Source: Oceanispirochaeta sp. (GTDB lineage: Bacteria; Spirochaetota; Spirochaetia; DSM-2461). From it: DNA of 64,000 nt. Location of the stretch: the NCBI GenBank assembly GCA_963663385.2, contig CAXXXD010000001.1, forward strand, positions 416,001 to 480,000. Reading direction: 5' to 3'. Shown here one piece after another: positions 46,269-56,797 of this stretch. The notes beneath the pieces are model-generated. The model was not told the DNA's origin, made no database searches, and saw only the letters and a program-made list of their open reading frames with translations. The stretch's first letter is position 1. Every line of letters begins with the position of its first letter. The position numbers and the translations under genes are program-made.

Positions 46269-47417
46269 ATGTTCATGCAAATAATTGCTGTAGCCAGTGG
46301 TAAAGGAGGAGTGGGTAAATCCCTTCTTGCTGCCAATATGGCGATAGGTCTTGCCAAGAGTGATAAAAAAGTAATCCTGGCGGACCTTGATTTAGGTGGA
46401 TCAAACCTGCATCTGATTATTGGTCAGAAACCGACGAACGAGGGATTGGGTTCTTTTATAAATAACCCGAAACAGAAAATTGAAAATATTATCCATCCTA
46501 CGGATTATAAAAACCTCAGCTTTATATCCGGTGAGGGAGAAGTTCCCGGTGCCGCAAATATTACGACTCCCCAGAAGAATAAGTTGATTAACAGGTTGCT
46601 GAAGCTGGATACGGACTATCTGATTCTGGATCTTGGTGCCGGATCCAGTAATATTATTCTTGATCTGTTTCTTATAGCCGGCTGCGGAGTAATTGTTACA
46701 ACTCCAACTCTTACAGCAACACTGAATGCCTATCTTTTTATAAAAAGTGTGCTTTTCAGAATGCTCTATTCATCCTTTGATAGGAAATCTCCGGCTTTGG
46801 AGTATCTGGAACAGCTTAGAAAAGATGGAATAACATTACAGAAAGTCTATCTTTCCAGTCTGGAAGAAAAGTTAATGAAGCTTGATCCCGAAGGAACGGA
46901 GTTCTTTCGGGAAAAGAAGAAACACTTTCAGCCCCGTCTGGTTATGAATATGCTGGAAAATCCTGAGGATATACAGAAATCAGATCGCCTTATCCTCTCA
47001 GTTAAGGATTATCTTGGTATCAATATGGAGTTTCTTGGTGTTATGTATCGTGATGAATTTCAGAAAAATGCCCTGAATTCCAGATTACCTGTTATTGTTT
47101 ATAAACCTCAATCTGTTTTATCTCAGGGAGTTTTCAGAATTTGTGATAGAATACTGGAAATGCACCTGGAAGAGAATTTCAATATCAGTTCTCTTGAGGC
47201 CGAGTATTCCTACCAGGCGGCGGGAATGGAAGCAGAATCGGATTTTAACGATAAGGTTCAGTCTCTGGAAGAACTGCTGCATAGCGGTGTTCTGACACAG
47301 GGAGATTTAATCGAAACAATTAAAATGCAGCAATATGAGATAAAAAAGTTAAAAAGGGAAAACCGCTTTATTAAATCCAAATTGGTAAAGGCTTCAGAAG
47401 CAGGTTTTCAAGTATAG
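46269..47417 (+). CDS. MinD/FlhG-like P-loop ATPase with C-terminal coiled coil
   Basis: ASGKGGVGKS, DLDLGGSNL, LDLGAG. Confidence 0.88.
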   Translation: MFMQIIAVASGKGGVGKSLLAANMAIGLAKSDKKVILADLDLGGSNLHLIIGQKPTNEGLGSFINNPKQKIENIIHPTDYKNLSFISGEGEVPGAANITTPQKNKLINRLLKLDTDYLILDLGAGSSNIILDLFLIAGCGVIVTTPTLTATLNAYLFIKSVLFRMLYSSFDRKSPALEYLEQLRKDGITLQKVYLSSLEEKLMKLDPEGTEFFREKKKHFQPRLVMNMLENPEDIQKSDRLILSVKDYLGINMEFLGVMYRDEFQKNALNSRLPVIVYKPQSVLSQGVFRICDRILEMHLEENFNISSLEAEYSYQAAGMEAESDFNDKVQSLEELLHSGVLTQGDLIETIKMQQYEIKKLKRENRFIKSKLVKASEAGFQV

Positions 47418-47422
47418 AATTT

Positions 47423-50287
47423 ATGGGTCAGGAATTTAACGGTCATATTAAAGTAGAAATAGATGAAAAAGCTTTATCGGCAATATTGCATTATACTCCG
47501 GATGATAAAGGAGAAAAGCACAATATTGATACTCTCCGTCAAATTCTTCAGAAACAAAATATAGTATATGGGATTAATGAAGTAGCTCTCAAGGATGCTG
47601 TTGAAGATTTCTCGGAAGCACTGGACGTAACGGTTTCTGATCCTGTCGCGGAAGGAGAAGCACCGTCTTCCGGAGAAGGAGAGGTTTATGAGTTTTCTTC
47701 AATGGATTATCCACCGGAACTGGAGGCTGTTGCAGAGAAAATACGTTCTTTGAATAAAGCTCCGCAAATTTTCAATACCATTACAGTAACGGTTAAAAAG
47801 GATAGAAGGGTAAAAGATAAAGGTCTTTTCAAGGGCGGTAAAGAAAAAATCATTACCGTAGAAGAGGAAGTTACTAGAAAAGTTAGAGTAGATGTTTCGG
47901 GGGTAATCCGGGGAATCGGTTTTATTCAGCAGGGTAATTCAATTTGTACAATAAACAAATCGACCGGATCGGAAGCGTCTGGAAAAGATATTCATGGAAA
48001 TGAACTTAAACCTCTACCTGTATCGAAAGGCAAGTATTATTCCGGAAGATTTATTCGCAAGGAAAAAAATGAATTTATAGCTGAAGAGTGCGGTTTTGTC
48101 AGAATAGGTGAAAACTGGATGGATCTGATCCCTTTTGCCACTCATGTCTGGTCTGTAGAAGTAAGTGAAAATAGTGCGGATTGTTTTCTGAGTATTACTG
48201 CTGGTCATAAGGCTGCCCCGCTGCCCACTGTTAATGCTGTAAAAAATAAAATCATTCAACTCGGGTATCCCGTAGAAAATCTCCAGAGTGATGAAAAAAT
48301 CTCCCGTTTGATAAGACAGGGCTGTCAATCAGAGGGGGGGCAGACTTTCTGTCTGACCAGAGACCGGGACAGCGAATCGGATATTGAAATAAATTCATTG
48401 GCGACAGAAGCAAATCTCCATCTGAAAAAAGGGTCCGGAAGAGGGAATAAACTGGATCTGAAAAAAATCTGGATGAAAGTGCTGGCTCTTAAAATCAAGG
48501 ATTTCGAATCAGAACGGGTAAAAAAAGAAATATTGGATTTTAATTCTTCTAAAGAACTGGAAATCAGTATTCTCTTAGGGAAAGGAGAGGATCCTGAGCG
48601 GGGAAAAGAACGGGACCTTATAGTCGATACAGATTATATTGAGCAAGGGCAGATGGAATTTATTCTGGAGAGGATGGAGCATCTGAAAAAAAAGCCGGAT
48701 TCTTTTCAGGAATTTCCAATGGCTGCCATAGAAAAAATGGCGCTGGTAAAGAAAGGTACGGCCATATTTCATTTGGGAAAACAGAGTGAAGGAAGAAACG
48801 GACGGGATATTTTCGGTAATACTATAAAGGGAATAGAGGGGAATGATCCGGTTGTTCGCCTATATGAAAATATTGTTATTCAGGAAGGGAGAGCCATTTC
48901 CACTATTGATGGAATTCTGGACTATTCCAGTAAAGCTGGTGTGTTCTCCCTGAGAATCAGGAAGCATTCGGATGCCAGGATAATAGTTTCTGTAGCAGAA
49001 AACAGGATGTCCGCTTCACTGTCCATTATCCCTCCTGATGGAAGCGGTTGCCTTCCAACAAAGGAATCTTTAATTCAGGCATTGGAGGAGAAAGGCGTTG
49101 TTAAAGGTATTTCTGATGATATCTTAAACGCTGTTCTGGAGAAAACCGGAAAAGAAGAGCTTGTAACAGATCAGGTTGTAGCCGAAGGATTGATTCCTTT
49201 TGAGGAAAAGGCTGCTCTCAGATTTCTGGTTAATATTAAAATAGGATCCAGTAACTCAATCCCTGTAGAGGCAGGAGATCCAATTGCTTTTATAATTTCT
49301 GGAGAGGGAGATGAGTTAATCGGTTTTGATGTATTTGGTGAAAAACTGATTGAGGAAGATAAAAGCCTGACAATTGATGACCATATTAAAAAGGAAGAAA
49401 ACGAAGAAGGTATAAAGCTTGTAGCCGCCGAAAAGGGTCTGCTCGTTCTGGAAGATAACAAACTGTATATCCGTAATAAGTATACTATACAGGGAGATGT
49501 CTCCCGCACAGACGGGAATATTAAATTTCCGGGAACCATTGAGATTATAGGGTCAGTTCTTTCGGGAATCTTTATCAATGCCGGCGGGGACTTGAAGGTT
49601 CGAGATATAGTTGAAGCATCACTTCTTAGTTCCGGAGGATCAATCCTAATTGGAAAAGGGGTCAAGGGAGACAGGAAAGCCGTTCTCAGAGCAAACAATA
49701 CAATAAACCTTGGATTTGCAGAAAATACCAACCTTATGTCCAATGGGAATATTATATATAAAAAAGCATTAATGAACTGCCAGGTAAAATGTAATAGTAA
49801 AATTGTTTCCCAGGGAGAAAATGCCCGTATTATCGGAGGGAAAATTAAAGCTAAAAATGGTCTGACCGCAGACTCCATTGGCTCGGAAAGGGGCGCTCCA
49901 ACATCAATCTCATTTGGTCAGGATTATCTGGTTGAAGATCAGATTAATGTTATGACAAAGGAGATTGAGCAGATAAATGAGCAACTGGAATCCCTGGAAA
50001 GTATGATGAAGACGGCAGAACATAAGGGTCAGCAGAAGAAACTCATTGCTTTACGAAAAAAGAAATTCCATCTTTTAAAGGTTCAGGAAAAAAAAGTTGT
50101 TAAAAACTTCCTTATGAAAGATAAATTTGAATTACATTTTGATTCTGAGATTCGGGTTAATGGAACTATATACCAGGGCACCGAATTTGAGAGTCATGGA
50201 AGAAAACTGAAAATTAATGAAAGTATGACATCGGTTATAGTATTTTTTGACAGTAAAACCGGTAAAATAACCACTAAACAGATCTAA
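47423..50287 (+). CDS. FapA/DUF342 family protein with internally repeated modules
   Basis: GKDIHG, GRDIFG, GFDVFG repeats; GDVSRTDGNIKFPG; beta-solenoid and coiled coil. Confidence 0.82.
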   Translation: MGQEFNGHIKVEIDEKALSAILHYTPDDKGEKHNIDTLRQILQKQNIVYGINEVALKDAVEDFSEALDVTVSDPVAEGEAPSSGEGEVYEFSSMDYPPELEAVAEKIRSLNKAPQIFNTITVTVKKDRRVKDKGLFKGGKEKIITVEEEVTRKVRVDVSGVIRGIGFIQQGNSICTINKSTGSEASGKDIHGNELKPLPVSKGKYYSGRFIRKEKNEFIAEECGFVRIGENWMDLIPFATHVWSVEVSENSADCFLSITAGHKAAPLPTVNAVKNKIIQLGYPVENLQSDEKISRLIRQGCQSEGGQTFCLTRDRDSESDIEINSLATEANLHLKKGSGRGNKLDLKKIWMKVLALKIKDFESERVKKEILDFNSSKELEISILLGKGEDPERGKERDLIVDTDYIEQGQMEFILERMEHLKKKPDSFQEFPMAAIEKMALVKKGTAIFHLGKQSEGRNGRDIFGNTIKGIEGNDPVVRLYENIVIQEGRAISTIDGILDYSSKAGVFSLRIRKHSDARIIVSVAENRMSASLSIIPPDGSGCLPTKESLIQALEEKGVVKGISDDILNAVLEKTGKEELVTDQVVAEGLIPFEEKAALRFLVNIKIGSSNSIPVEAGDPIAFIISGEGDELIGFDVFGEKLIEEDKSLTIDDHIKKEENEEGIKLVAAEKGLLVLEDNKLYIRNKYTIQGDVSRTDGNIKFPGTIEIIGSVLSGIFINAGGDLKVRDIVEASLLSSGGSILIGKGVKGDRKAVLRANNTINLGFAENTNLMSNGNIIYKKALMNCQVKCNSKIVSQGENARIIGGKIKAKNGLTADSIGSERGAPTSISFGQDYLVEDQINVMTKEIEQINEQLESLESMMKTAEHKGQQKKLIALRKKKFHLLKVQEKKVVKNFLMKDKFELHFDSEIRVNGTIYQGTEFESHGRKLKINESMTSVIVFFDSKTGKITTKQI

Positions 50288-50299
50288 TGAGAGGCATTT

Positions 50300-51244
50300 A
50301 TGCTCTATATTCACTTTCCTGAATGGCTATCTCCGGAAATAATACCGGGATTTCCTGTCCGTTGGTACGGACTGATGTATCTATTTGCTTTTGCAACAGC
50401 CTATTTTATTTTTCGAATACAGGTAAAACAGGATGAACTGGATTATACAGATGATGATATCTCCAATCTTTTTTTCTGGCTGATCCTCGGGTTAATACTG
50501 GGTGCCAGAATTTTCTCAACATTGGTTTACGATACAAGCGGGATATACTGGAAAAAACCCTGGCTTATTTTCTGGCCGTTTTCCGGGGGGCGGTTTGTCG
50601 GATTACAGGGAATGTCCTATCATGGAGGGCTGATCGGGGCCGTTCTGGCAGGCATTCTCTATTGTCGGAAGTATAAGAAAAGTTTTCTCCAGATGTCCGA
50701 CAGGATCATGACGGCTGTCCCCCTGGGGTATACCTTCGGGAGACTGGGGAATTTTATTAATGGTGAGTTGTATGGCCGTGTAACTTCTTCATCAATCGGG
50801 ATTGTATTCCCCTATGCCGAACGGTTTTCAATAAAAGAGGAATGGGTCGTTGAAATTGCCAATAAAATAAATATGGATATCAGTGGAATCAGCAGGGTGA
50901 ATCTTCCGCGTCATCCTTCTCAACTCTACGAAGCATTTTCTGAGGGAATACTACTGTGGCTGATTCTCTGGTTTATTATCCGGAGGATCAGAAAATTTGA
51001 CGGGATACTCAGTGGAGCCTATCTTATCGGTTATGGTAGTTTCCGGTTTCTTATTGAGTATTTCAGAGAGCCTGATAAAGGGCTGGATTTTCCACTGCAG
51101 TGGGGAAAGGAGTCTCCCAATTATCTTATGAATTCTCTTATTAACTTTACAACCGGACAAATCCTCTGTTTTTTTATGATATTCTCGGGGTTTCTGATTA
51201 TTGTATTCTCCTATTTCCGGAATAAAAGGGCGGGACATGCCTAA
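50300..51244 (+). CDS. lgt: Prolipoprotein diacylglyceryl transferase
   Basis: RWYGLMY, GMSYHGG, GRLGNFINGELYGR, RHPSQLYE. Confidence 0.97.
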   Translation: MLYIHFPEWLSPEIIPGFPVRWYGLMYLFAFATAYFIFRIQVKQDELDYTDDDISNLFFWLILGLILGARIFSTLVYDTSGIYWKKPWLIFWPFSGGRFVGLQGMSYHGGLIGAVLAGILYCRKYKKSFLQMSDRIMTAVPLGYTFGRLGNFINGELYGRVTSSSIGIVFPYAERFSIKEEWVVEIANKINMDISGISRVNLPRHPSQLYEAFSEGILLWLILWFIIRRIRKFDGILSGAYLIGYGSFRFLIEYFREPDKGLDFPLQWGKESPNYLMNSLINFTTGQILCFFMIFSGFLIIVFSYFRNKRAGHA

Positions 51245-52400
51245 AAATGGGATTATCCTTCACACCCTGTTATTCTGTTTGTCACTTCCCCTGTTTTCAG
51301 TAGAGTGGAGGTTTGAGCCGACAGACAGTTCCATACATCTACCGGAAGGCTGGGAACTTTTTGACAACAGCGAATCAGGAAGAACATCCTTTATCAATCC
51401 TGAAGGAACCATCATTTTTCAGGTTTCCCTCTATCCCGGCAGTACTTATACAAGTGATGAGGAGATGATGGACAGTCATCTTCAGGAACTGGATATACTG
51501 GAGTCGGACAGTTCCCGATTTCCCTTTCAGGGAGGAATGGTTTCTCTTGCAGACTGTATATTCCTTTCATCCGGTTCTAATATCAGGGGGTGGTTCCTTT
51601 TTATAGATGGTACCGATTATGATTACTATTTGACAGGAATAACGGAGGAGAGCCTGTATGCCGATTCACTTCCCTGGATTCTTTCCTGCCTGGACAGTTT
51701 TTCAATTAATGAAGAAGGACGGGCAAAACCGGGGGCTGTAAGCTCTTTTTTAACTTCTGATGAGGGAACCCTTTATAAGACCAGTCTGGAGTTTTGCGGA
51801 AGACAGATACCTTTTGAATACCTTTCCGGGAGAGAGGACGCGTCTCAGCTTCTGATAGAAAGGGAAGCCACTATCCTGAACAGTTATAAAGATCCGGACA
51901 ATTTTGCAGCTGCATGGAAGAGATACTATCAGATTATCTCAAGGGATACAGCCTGGGAACTCAGGGAGATATCCGACTTTCTTGAGGAGATGCTAGCCGG
52001 AAAAAGTAACAGGGAGAAAGCTGAAATGGTCCTTTCCTGGCTTCAGGAATTTGAATACGGCAGCAGTGACAGCTTTTCTGATCTGCTGGCTCCTGTAAAA
52101 GTGCTTCTGAACAGAACCGGTGATTGCGATGCTTTGGGGCTGGTATACTGCAGCATCATGAATTCCATGGGTATTCCGTCATTATTGATGGTTTCCTATA
52201 TATACAGCCACTCCATGTCGGCCGTTCTGGTTGACGATGGAGGCGCAGGTTTTCTCTATAATGAGGACAGGTATGTTGTGGCCGAGCTGACAAAAAAAGT
52301 TAAACTGGGCATGATCAGCCAGGATATGGCAGATATGAAAAACTGGATAGTCATTTCTCTGATTCCCCAGCAATACCGTAGTATTTCAATAATAGAATAG
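51237..52400 (+). CDS. Exported transglutaminase-like protein
   Basis: Signal peptide; GDCDALG...HSMSAV...AELT. Confidence 0.7.
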   Translation: MPKNGIILHTLLFCLSLPLFSVEWRFEPTDSSIHLPEGWELFDNSESGRTSFINPEGTIIFQVSLYPGSTYTSDEEMMDSHLQELDILESDSSRFPFQGGMVSLADCIFLSSGSNIRGWFLFIDGTDYDYYLTGITEESLYADSLPWILSCLDSFSINEEGRAKPGAVSSFLTSDEGTLYKTSLEFCGRQIPFEYLSGREDASQLLIEREATILNSYKDPDNFAAAWKRYYQIISRDTAWELREISDFLEEMLAGKSNREKAEMVLSWLQEFEYGSSDSFSDLLAPVKVLLNRTGDCDALGLVYCSIMNSMGIPSLLMVSYIYSHSMSAVLVDDGGAGFLYNEDRYVVAELTKKVKLGMISQDMADMKNWIVISLIPQQYRSISIIE

Positions 52401-52528
52401 TCATTTATGAATATCTTTTGTATGAAAAAGTATACAGGAAGGGAAATGGGGATAGTGTTTCTGGAATTGTATTTATATAATTTGTTTATATAAAAAGAAA
52501 TAATTGGTTAGTGAATTTTCTGGTTTAA

Positions 52529-52546
52529 TTGGTACAGAACTTGCAT
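52529..52546 (+). promoter_or_regulatory. Sigma-54 (-24/-12) promoter
   Basis: TTGGTACAGAACTTGCAT: GG-N10-GC. Confidence 0.7.
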
Positions 52547-52572
52547 GATTAGTAATTAAATATCTTTATCAG

Positions 52573-53193
52573 GTGAACAATATGGTTTATACCAATAATT
52601 ATGCAAAATCAAAAAGTTTTGTATTTCATAATATACAGAAGGAACTTGTAAGAAAAGCAATACATTTAATGATTGCCTTTGTTCCCACCCTGGCAACCTG
52701 GAATTTTACCTTTACTGTTTCAGTATTAATGGCAGGTATCCTGACATACACCTATTCTGAATATCTTAGAAGCCTGGGAAAATACGTTTTCCTGATCTCT
52801 GATATAACGGCTATTGCATCAAGAGACCGGGATAAGGGGCATTTTGTATTGGGACCGGTTACTCTGGGAATGGGAGCTTTATTAGCCCTTCTTCTCTATC
52901 CGCATCCTTCTGCTTCTATAGCAATCTATGCGCTGGCTTTCGGAGATGGACTCTCCAGTCTGGCAGGCAAGTTATTCGGATTGAAGAAGATTCCTTTTAC
53001 AGGAGGTAAAACAATTGCCGGTTCCTTTACCTGTTTTGCTGCTGTGTTTTTTATCGCTTTTAATATGTTTGACAACCTGGGATCAGCTATTCTTCTGGCT
53101 TTTGTAGCAACTTTACTTGAAGCCCTTCCTTCTCGGGATCTGGATAATATAATCATTCCTATCGGAACCGGGTTTATTGCCGGACTTCTTTGA
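52573..53193 (+). CDS. Dolichol/phytol kinase (SEC59/VTE5) family membrane protein
   Basis: ELVRKAIH, AFGDGLSSLAG, KTIAGS, DNIIIP. Confidence 0.85.
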   Translation: MNNMVYTNNYAKSKSFVFHNIQKELVRKAIHLMIAFVPTLATWNFTFTVSVLMAGILTYTYSEYLRSLGKYVFLISDITAIASRDRDKGHFVLGPVTLGMGALLALLLYPHPSASIAIYALAFGDGLSSLAGKLFGLKKIPFTGGKTIAGSFTCFAAVFFIAFNMFDNLGSAILLAFVATLLEALPSRDLDNIIIPIGTGFIAGLL

Positions 53194-53201
53194 TTAACTT
53201 A

Positions 53202-54020
53202 TCAAGACAATAAAAACAGTTTCTGATTGGTTCTTATATACAGGATTGTCCCTGTAAAAAGAAGCATTAACCCCGGAATCATAAAGGGCGGGTTCAGAAA
53301 AAACAGCAGCTCATACCCGCATAATACCATAATACAAAAGAGAATCAGTCTGTATAGCTCTCCTCTGGACTGTTTAATAGCAGCAGAGAGGTAATTCATT
53401 ACTGTGAGAACTTCCAGGACCAGGCAGAAAAGCGCAATGCTTTTCTCTTCTGCTATCCTGTAGAATAAAGCTGTTGTAACTTCAGTTGTATTGAATGGAA
53501 TTATTATGGAAAGGGTAAAAGAGGCTAAAACTGTAATGAGAAGAATATACCCGAACTTTTGAATCTGGAGACCGGCACAGAACAGGGATGCAGCAAAGAA
53601 AGCTGTAAGTCCTAAAAAACGCCCAAAATAAAGAACCCGGGAGATTGTTTCATCATCTATATGGAGCCAGTTTATCTGTGGAACGATATAATACAATCTA
53701 AATATATAAAGAGAAAAAGAGAAAATAAAAAGGTAGAGAAAAGCCAATTGGGGAGAGGGGTTCTTTTTTATCTGTCTGGCTACAATAAAGCCAACCGCAA
53801 GGGAGTAGAGGGTACAGGCTGTTACTATTAACCATATATGAAAGCTGTTAATTTTACTGTTCCGGTTGTAATTTAGCCACCAGATTTGACCCGTTGAAGA
53901 GGAAAAGTCTGTCAAATTGAAGCGGATATTCAATATATAGGCAGCAATAGCCAAAAAAAGCGTTATCAATGAGAAAAATAACATAATTCTAACAAGGTAT
54001 TTTCTGAATAAAAGTATCAT
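53202..54020 (-). CDS. Polytopic membrane protein, function unknown
   Basis: About 8 hydrophobic segments. Confidence 0.75.
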   Translation of the reverse strand: MILLFRKYLVRIMLFFSLITLFLAIAAYILNIRFNLTDFSSSTGQIWWLNYNRNSKINSFHIWLIVTACTLYSLAVGFIVARQIKKNPSPQLAFLYLFIFSFSLYIFRLYYIVPQINWLHIDDETISRVLYFGRFLGLTAFFAASLFCAGLQIQKFGYILLITVLASFTLSIIIPFNTTEVTTALFYRIAEEKSIALFCLVLEVLTVMNYLSAAIKQSRGELYRLILFCIMVLCGYELLFFLNPPFMIPGLMLLFTGTILYIRTNQKLFLLS

Positions 54021-54118
54021 AGGTTTTATTAAAGACTATATTTATGAAAACGTCAAAATATGAAAAAAAAATTTACAGTATATTTCCAGTTGTTCGATAA
54101 TATAGGTGAGGTATAACA

Positions 54119-54811
54119 ATGAAAAATAGACTCATACTTTTGATAGTCCTCTCATTTATATTTGTAGCAGGTCTTTTTGCAGGTGATAAAGCAGAGTTGG
54201 TAAATCTGGGATTTTCTCCAGATGGACGGTTCTTTCTATTTGGGCAATATGGATATGATGGAGAGAATTCCAAGAGTTATGCAGATATTTATCTGGTGGA
54301 TGTAGAAAAGAATCTTTTCGTACCCGGAGGAGTTTTCAAAGGCGAATATATCAGTTCTCTTGAACCTGGACAATCGGCAGACGGAGGCCTTTTTACTCTG
54401 CTTGAATCAGTCGGTTCGCTGAGAGATAAATACAATATAGACTATCTGAAAAAAGGACGTCCCCTCTATATCCGTATTGAGGAATCAGAAGAATCCATGG
54501 AAACACTGGATTTCAGAGACTTTGAAACAGGAACACATTATAAAATGAATTTATCTCAGGATATAAAATCCAACGAAGAAGGAATACCCCTGGATTCTTC
54601 ATTTTATATTGATCTGAGTTTTACTTCCTCAGCCGGCAGGGAAGTCCCCTTTACCATCGGACATCCTGACTATAGAAGAAAAGGAATCGGGGAATACAGG
54701 ATTGAACGGGTTATTACAGATCCAAAAGGTCATTCGATAGTCGTAATTATTGCGAAAATTGATACGGATCTGAATGTCCGCTATATGGTGGAAACCCTGA
54801 AAATACAATGA
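54119..54811 (+). CDS. DUF2259-like secreted protein
   Basis: Signal peptide; GD...NLGFSPDGRFFLFGQYG..YADIYLVDV. Confidence 0.75.
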   Translation: MKNRLILLIVLSFIFVAGLFAGDKAELVNLGFSPDGRFFLFGQYGYDGENSKSYADIYLVDVEKNLFVPGGVFKGEYISSLEPGQSADGGLFTLLESVGSLRDKYNIDYLKKGRPLYIRIEESEESMETLDFRDFETGTHYKMNLSQDIKSNEEGIPLDSSFYIDLSFTSSAGREVPFTIGHPDYRRKGIGEYRIERVITDPKGHSIVVIIAKIDTDLNVRYMVETLKIQ

Positions 54812-54829
54812 TTTTCACAATGAGAAATC

Positions 54830-54878
54830 TACCGCCCCCCCCCCGGCTTCGCTGGGAATCTTTGGGGCGGTATTTTTT
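54830..54878 (+). terminator. Intrinsic terminator (long GC hairpin)
   Basis: TACCGCCCC...GGGGCGGTA followed by T6. Confidence 0.7.
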
Positions 54879-54997
54879 ATTAATCCTATTTCATTTAATG
54901 CCTTAAATCCAATTATTTCCTCTTCCATCCCTTGTGAATTTAACCGGATTGGATATAATTATTCACCACTACCACTTAATAAAAATCAGGAGAGCTT

Positions 54998-56719
54998 ATG
55001 CGAGTTAGTCAGCTGTTTTATCAGACTTTGAAAGAAGTGCCAAGGGAAGCTCAGATACCGAGCCATCAGCTGATGTTCCGTGCAGGAATGATTCAACAAT
55101 TGGCTGCGGGTATCTATAATTACCTTCCACTAGCCCATAGAAGTATAAGAAAACTGGAAACTATAATTCGGGAGGAATTGGAAAAGAAGGGTTGTCAGGA
55201 AGTTCTGCTCCCTTATGTACAGCCATCCGAGTTGTGGGAAGAGAGCGGTCGCTGGGGGTACTATGGACCGGAACTCCTCCGTTTCAAGGATAGGAAAGGT
55301 GGCGATTTCTGTCTGGGACCGACCCATGAGGAAGTCATTACAGATATGGTCCGGAGGAATTTAAAATCCTACAGGCAGCTTCCCTGGAATATTTTCCAGA
55401 TTCAGACGAAATTCCGTGATGAAGTGCGTCCTCGTTTCGGTTTGATGCGCGGGCGGGAATTCATCATGAAGGATGGTTACAGTTTTGATATAGACGAACA
55501 GGCGTCTAAAGTAACCTATAAAAAGATGTATGATGCCTATACAGCCATTTTCAATCGCTGCGGTTTGAAATTCCGGGCTGTGGATGCCGCAACCGGAAAT
55601 ATCGGCGGGGACATGAGTCACGAATTTCAGGTGCTGGCTCAATCCGGTGAGGATCTGATTCTCAGTTGTAATAAATGCGATTATGCAGCCAATGTTGAAA
55701 AGGCCGTAACGATTCGAAAAGAAGGAACTCCGGATTCTACCCTGTTTAAGGATATGGAGAAGGTTCATACTCCCGCCAGCAGAACCATTGAGGAAATAAC
55801 CGAATTTTTGAAACGGCCCATGGAGGATTTTATCAAGAGTATCCTCTATGTTGTGGATGAGGAACCGGTACTGGCTCTTATCAGGGGTGATCTGGATATT
55901 AATGAAGCAAAACTGCAGACACTTCTGTCTGCCAATAGTGTCGAGCTGGCGGATGATAAAACCGTTCTGGATATAACAGGGGCAACTACCGGATTTGCCG
56001 GTCCTGCGGGATTGAAGAAAAAGGTAAAAATCCTGGCTGATTACTCTGTAACTGGACGGGAGAATATGGTTGCAGGCGCCAATGAGGACGACTACCATGT
56101 AATCAATGTGAACTATGGTAAAGATTATGAAGCAGACCAGATCTGTGATATCGCCTTTGCCGCAGCAGGAAATATCTGCCCCCATTGTGACGGCGTGCTG
56201 GAAGAGCATCGCGGAATTGAAGTTGGTCAGGTTTTCTACCTGGGAACAAAATACAGCAGTGCCATGAAATGCACCTACCTTGATAAGGATGGTAAGGATC
56301 AGCTCGCTGTGATGGGTTGTTACGGGATAGGTGTAGGACGAACCGTTGCCGCAGCCATTGAGCAACATCATGATGAGGATGGCATTATCTGGCCGGCTGC
56401 ATTGGCTCCCTATGAATCCATCGTACTCCCTCTTCAGATGAACAAGGAAGAGGTTATTAAAACAGGTGAAGAGCTTTATGAACAGTTGAAGATTGCCGGT
56501 ATTGACGCTGTTCTGGATGATCGTGATGAAAGGGCCGGTTTTAAATTTAAGGATGCCGATCTGATAGGGTATCCGGTACAGATTATCATCGGGGCCCGTT
56601 CTCTGGAAAACGGAGAAGTAGAAGTTAAGATCCGCAAGACCGGAGAGAAAAAGAATATGCCCGTTAGGGATGTTGTTTCCTTCGTGAATGACTACATACA
56701 GAAGGAAAAAGGCATATAA
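54998..56719 (+). CDS. proS: Proline--tRNA ligase (bacterial type with INS editing domain)
   Basis: LGPTHEE, FRDEVRPRFGLMRGREF, MGCYGIGVGR. Confidence 0.98.
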   Translation: MRVSQLFYQTLKEVPREAQIPSHQLMFRAGMIQQLAAGIYNYLPLAHRSIRKLETIIREELEKKGCQEVLLPYVQPSELWEESGRWGYYGPELLRFKDRKGGDFCLGPTHEEVITDMVRRNLKSYRQLPWNIFQIQTKFRDEVRPRFGLMRGREFIMKDGYSFDIDEQASKVTYKKMYDAYTAIFNRCGLKFRAVDAATGNIGGDMSHEFQVLAQSGEDLILSCNKCDYAANVEKAVTIRKEGTPDSTLFKDMEKVHTPASRTIEEITEFLKRPMEDFIKSILYVVDEEPVLALIRGDLDINEAKLQTLLSANSVELADDKTVLDITGATTGFAGPAGLKKKVKILADYSVTGRENMVAGANEDDYHVINVNYGKDYEADQICDIAFAAAGNICPHCDGVLEEHRGIEVGQVFYLGTKYSSAMKCTYLDKDGKDQLAVMGCYGIGVGRTVAAAIEQHHDEDGIIWPAALAPYESIVLPLQMNKEEVIKTGEELYEQLKIAGIDAVLDDRDERAGFKFKDADLIGYPVQIIIGARSLENGEVEVKIRKTGEKKNMPVRDVVSFVNDYIQKEKGI

Positions 56720-56734
56720 ACGGTAATAAAGATG

Positions 56735-56772
56735 AAAAAAAGCGGGGAGTCTGAATCCCTGCTTTTTTTTTT
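56735..56772 (+). terminator. Intrinsic terminator after proS
   Basis: AAAAAAAGCGGGGA...TCCCTGCTTTTTTT. Confidence 0.8.
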
Positions 56773-56797
56773 ACTTCAGTGGTTATATATTGTAAAC

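Noticed and set aside
54812..54997. T-box upstream of proS, or a phase-variable C10 tract
   Set aside because: No T-box sequence. The C run is part of the upstream gene's terminator, and proS has its own TTGTGA-16-TATAAT promoter downstream of it.
55361..56371. Long antisense ORFs (336 aa here; also 49171..49878, 62789..63433, 38154..38750)
   Set aside because: Shadows of well-supported genes with no recognisable motifs
56732..56797. N-terminal extension of the 240-aa ORF
   Set aside because: It overlaps the proS terminator; the signal peptide starts at ATG 56798
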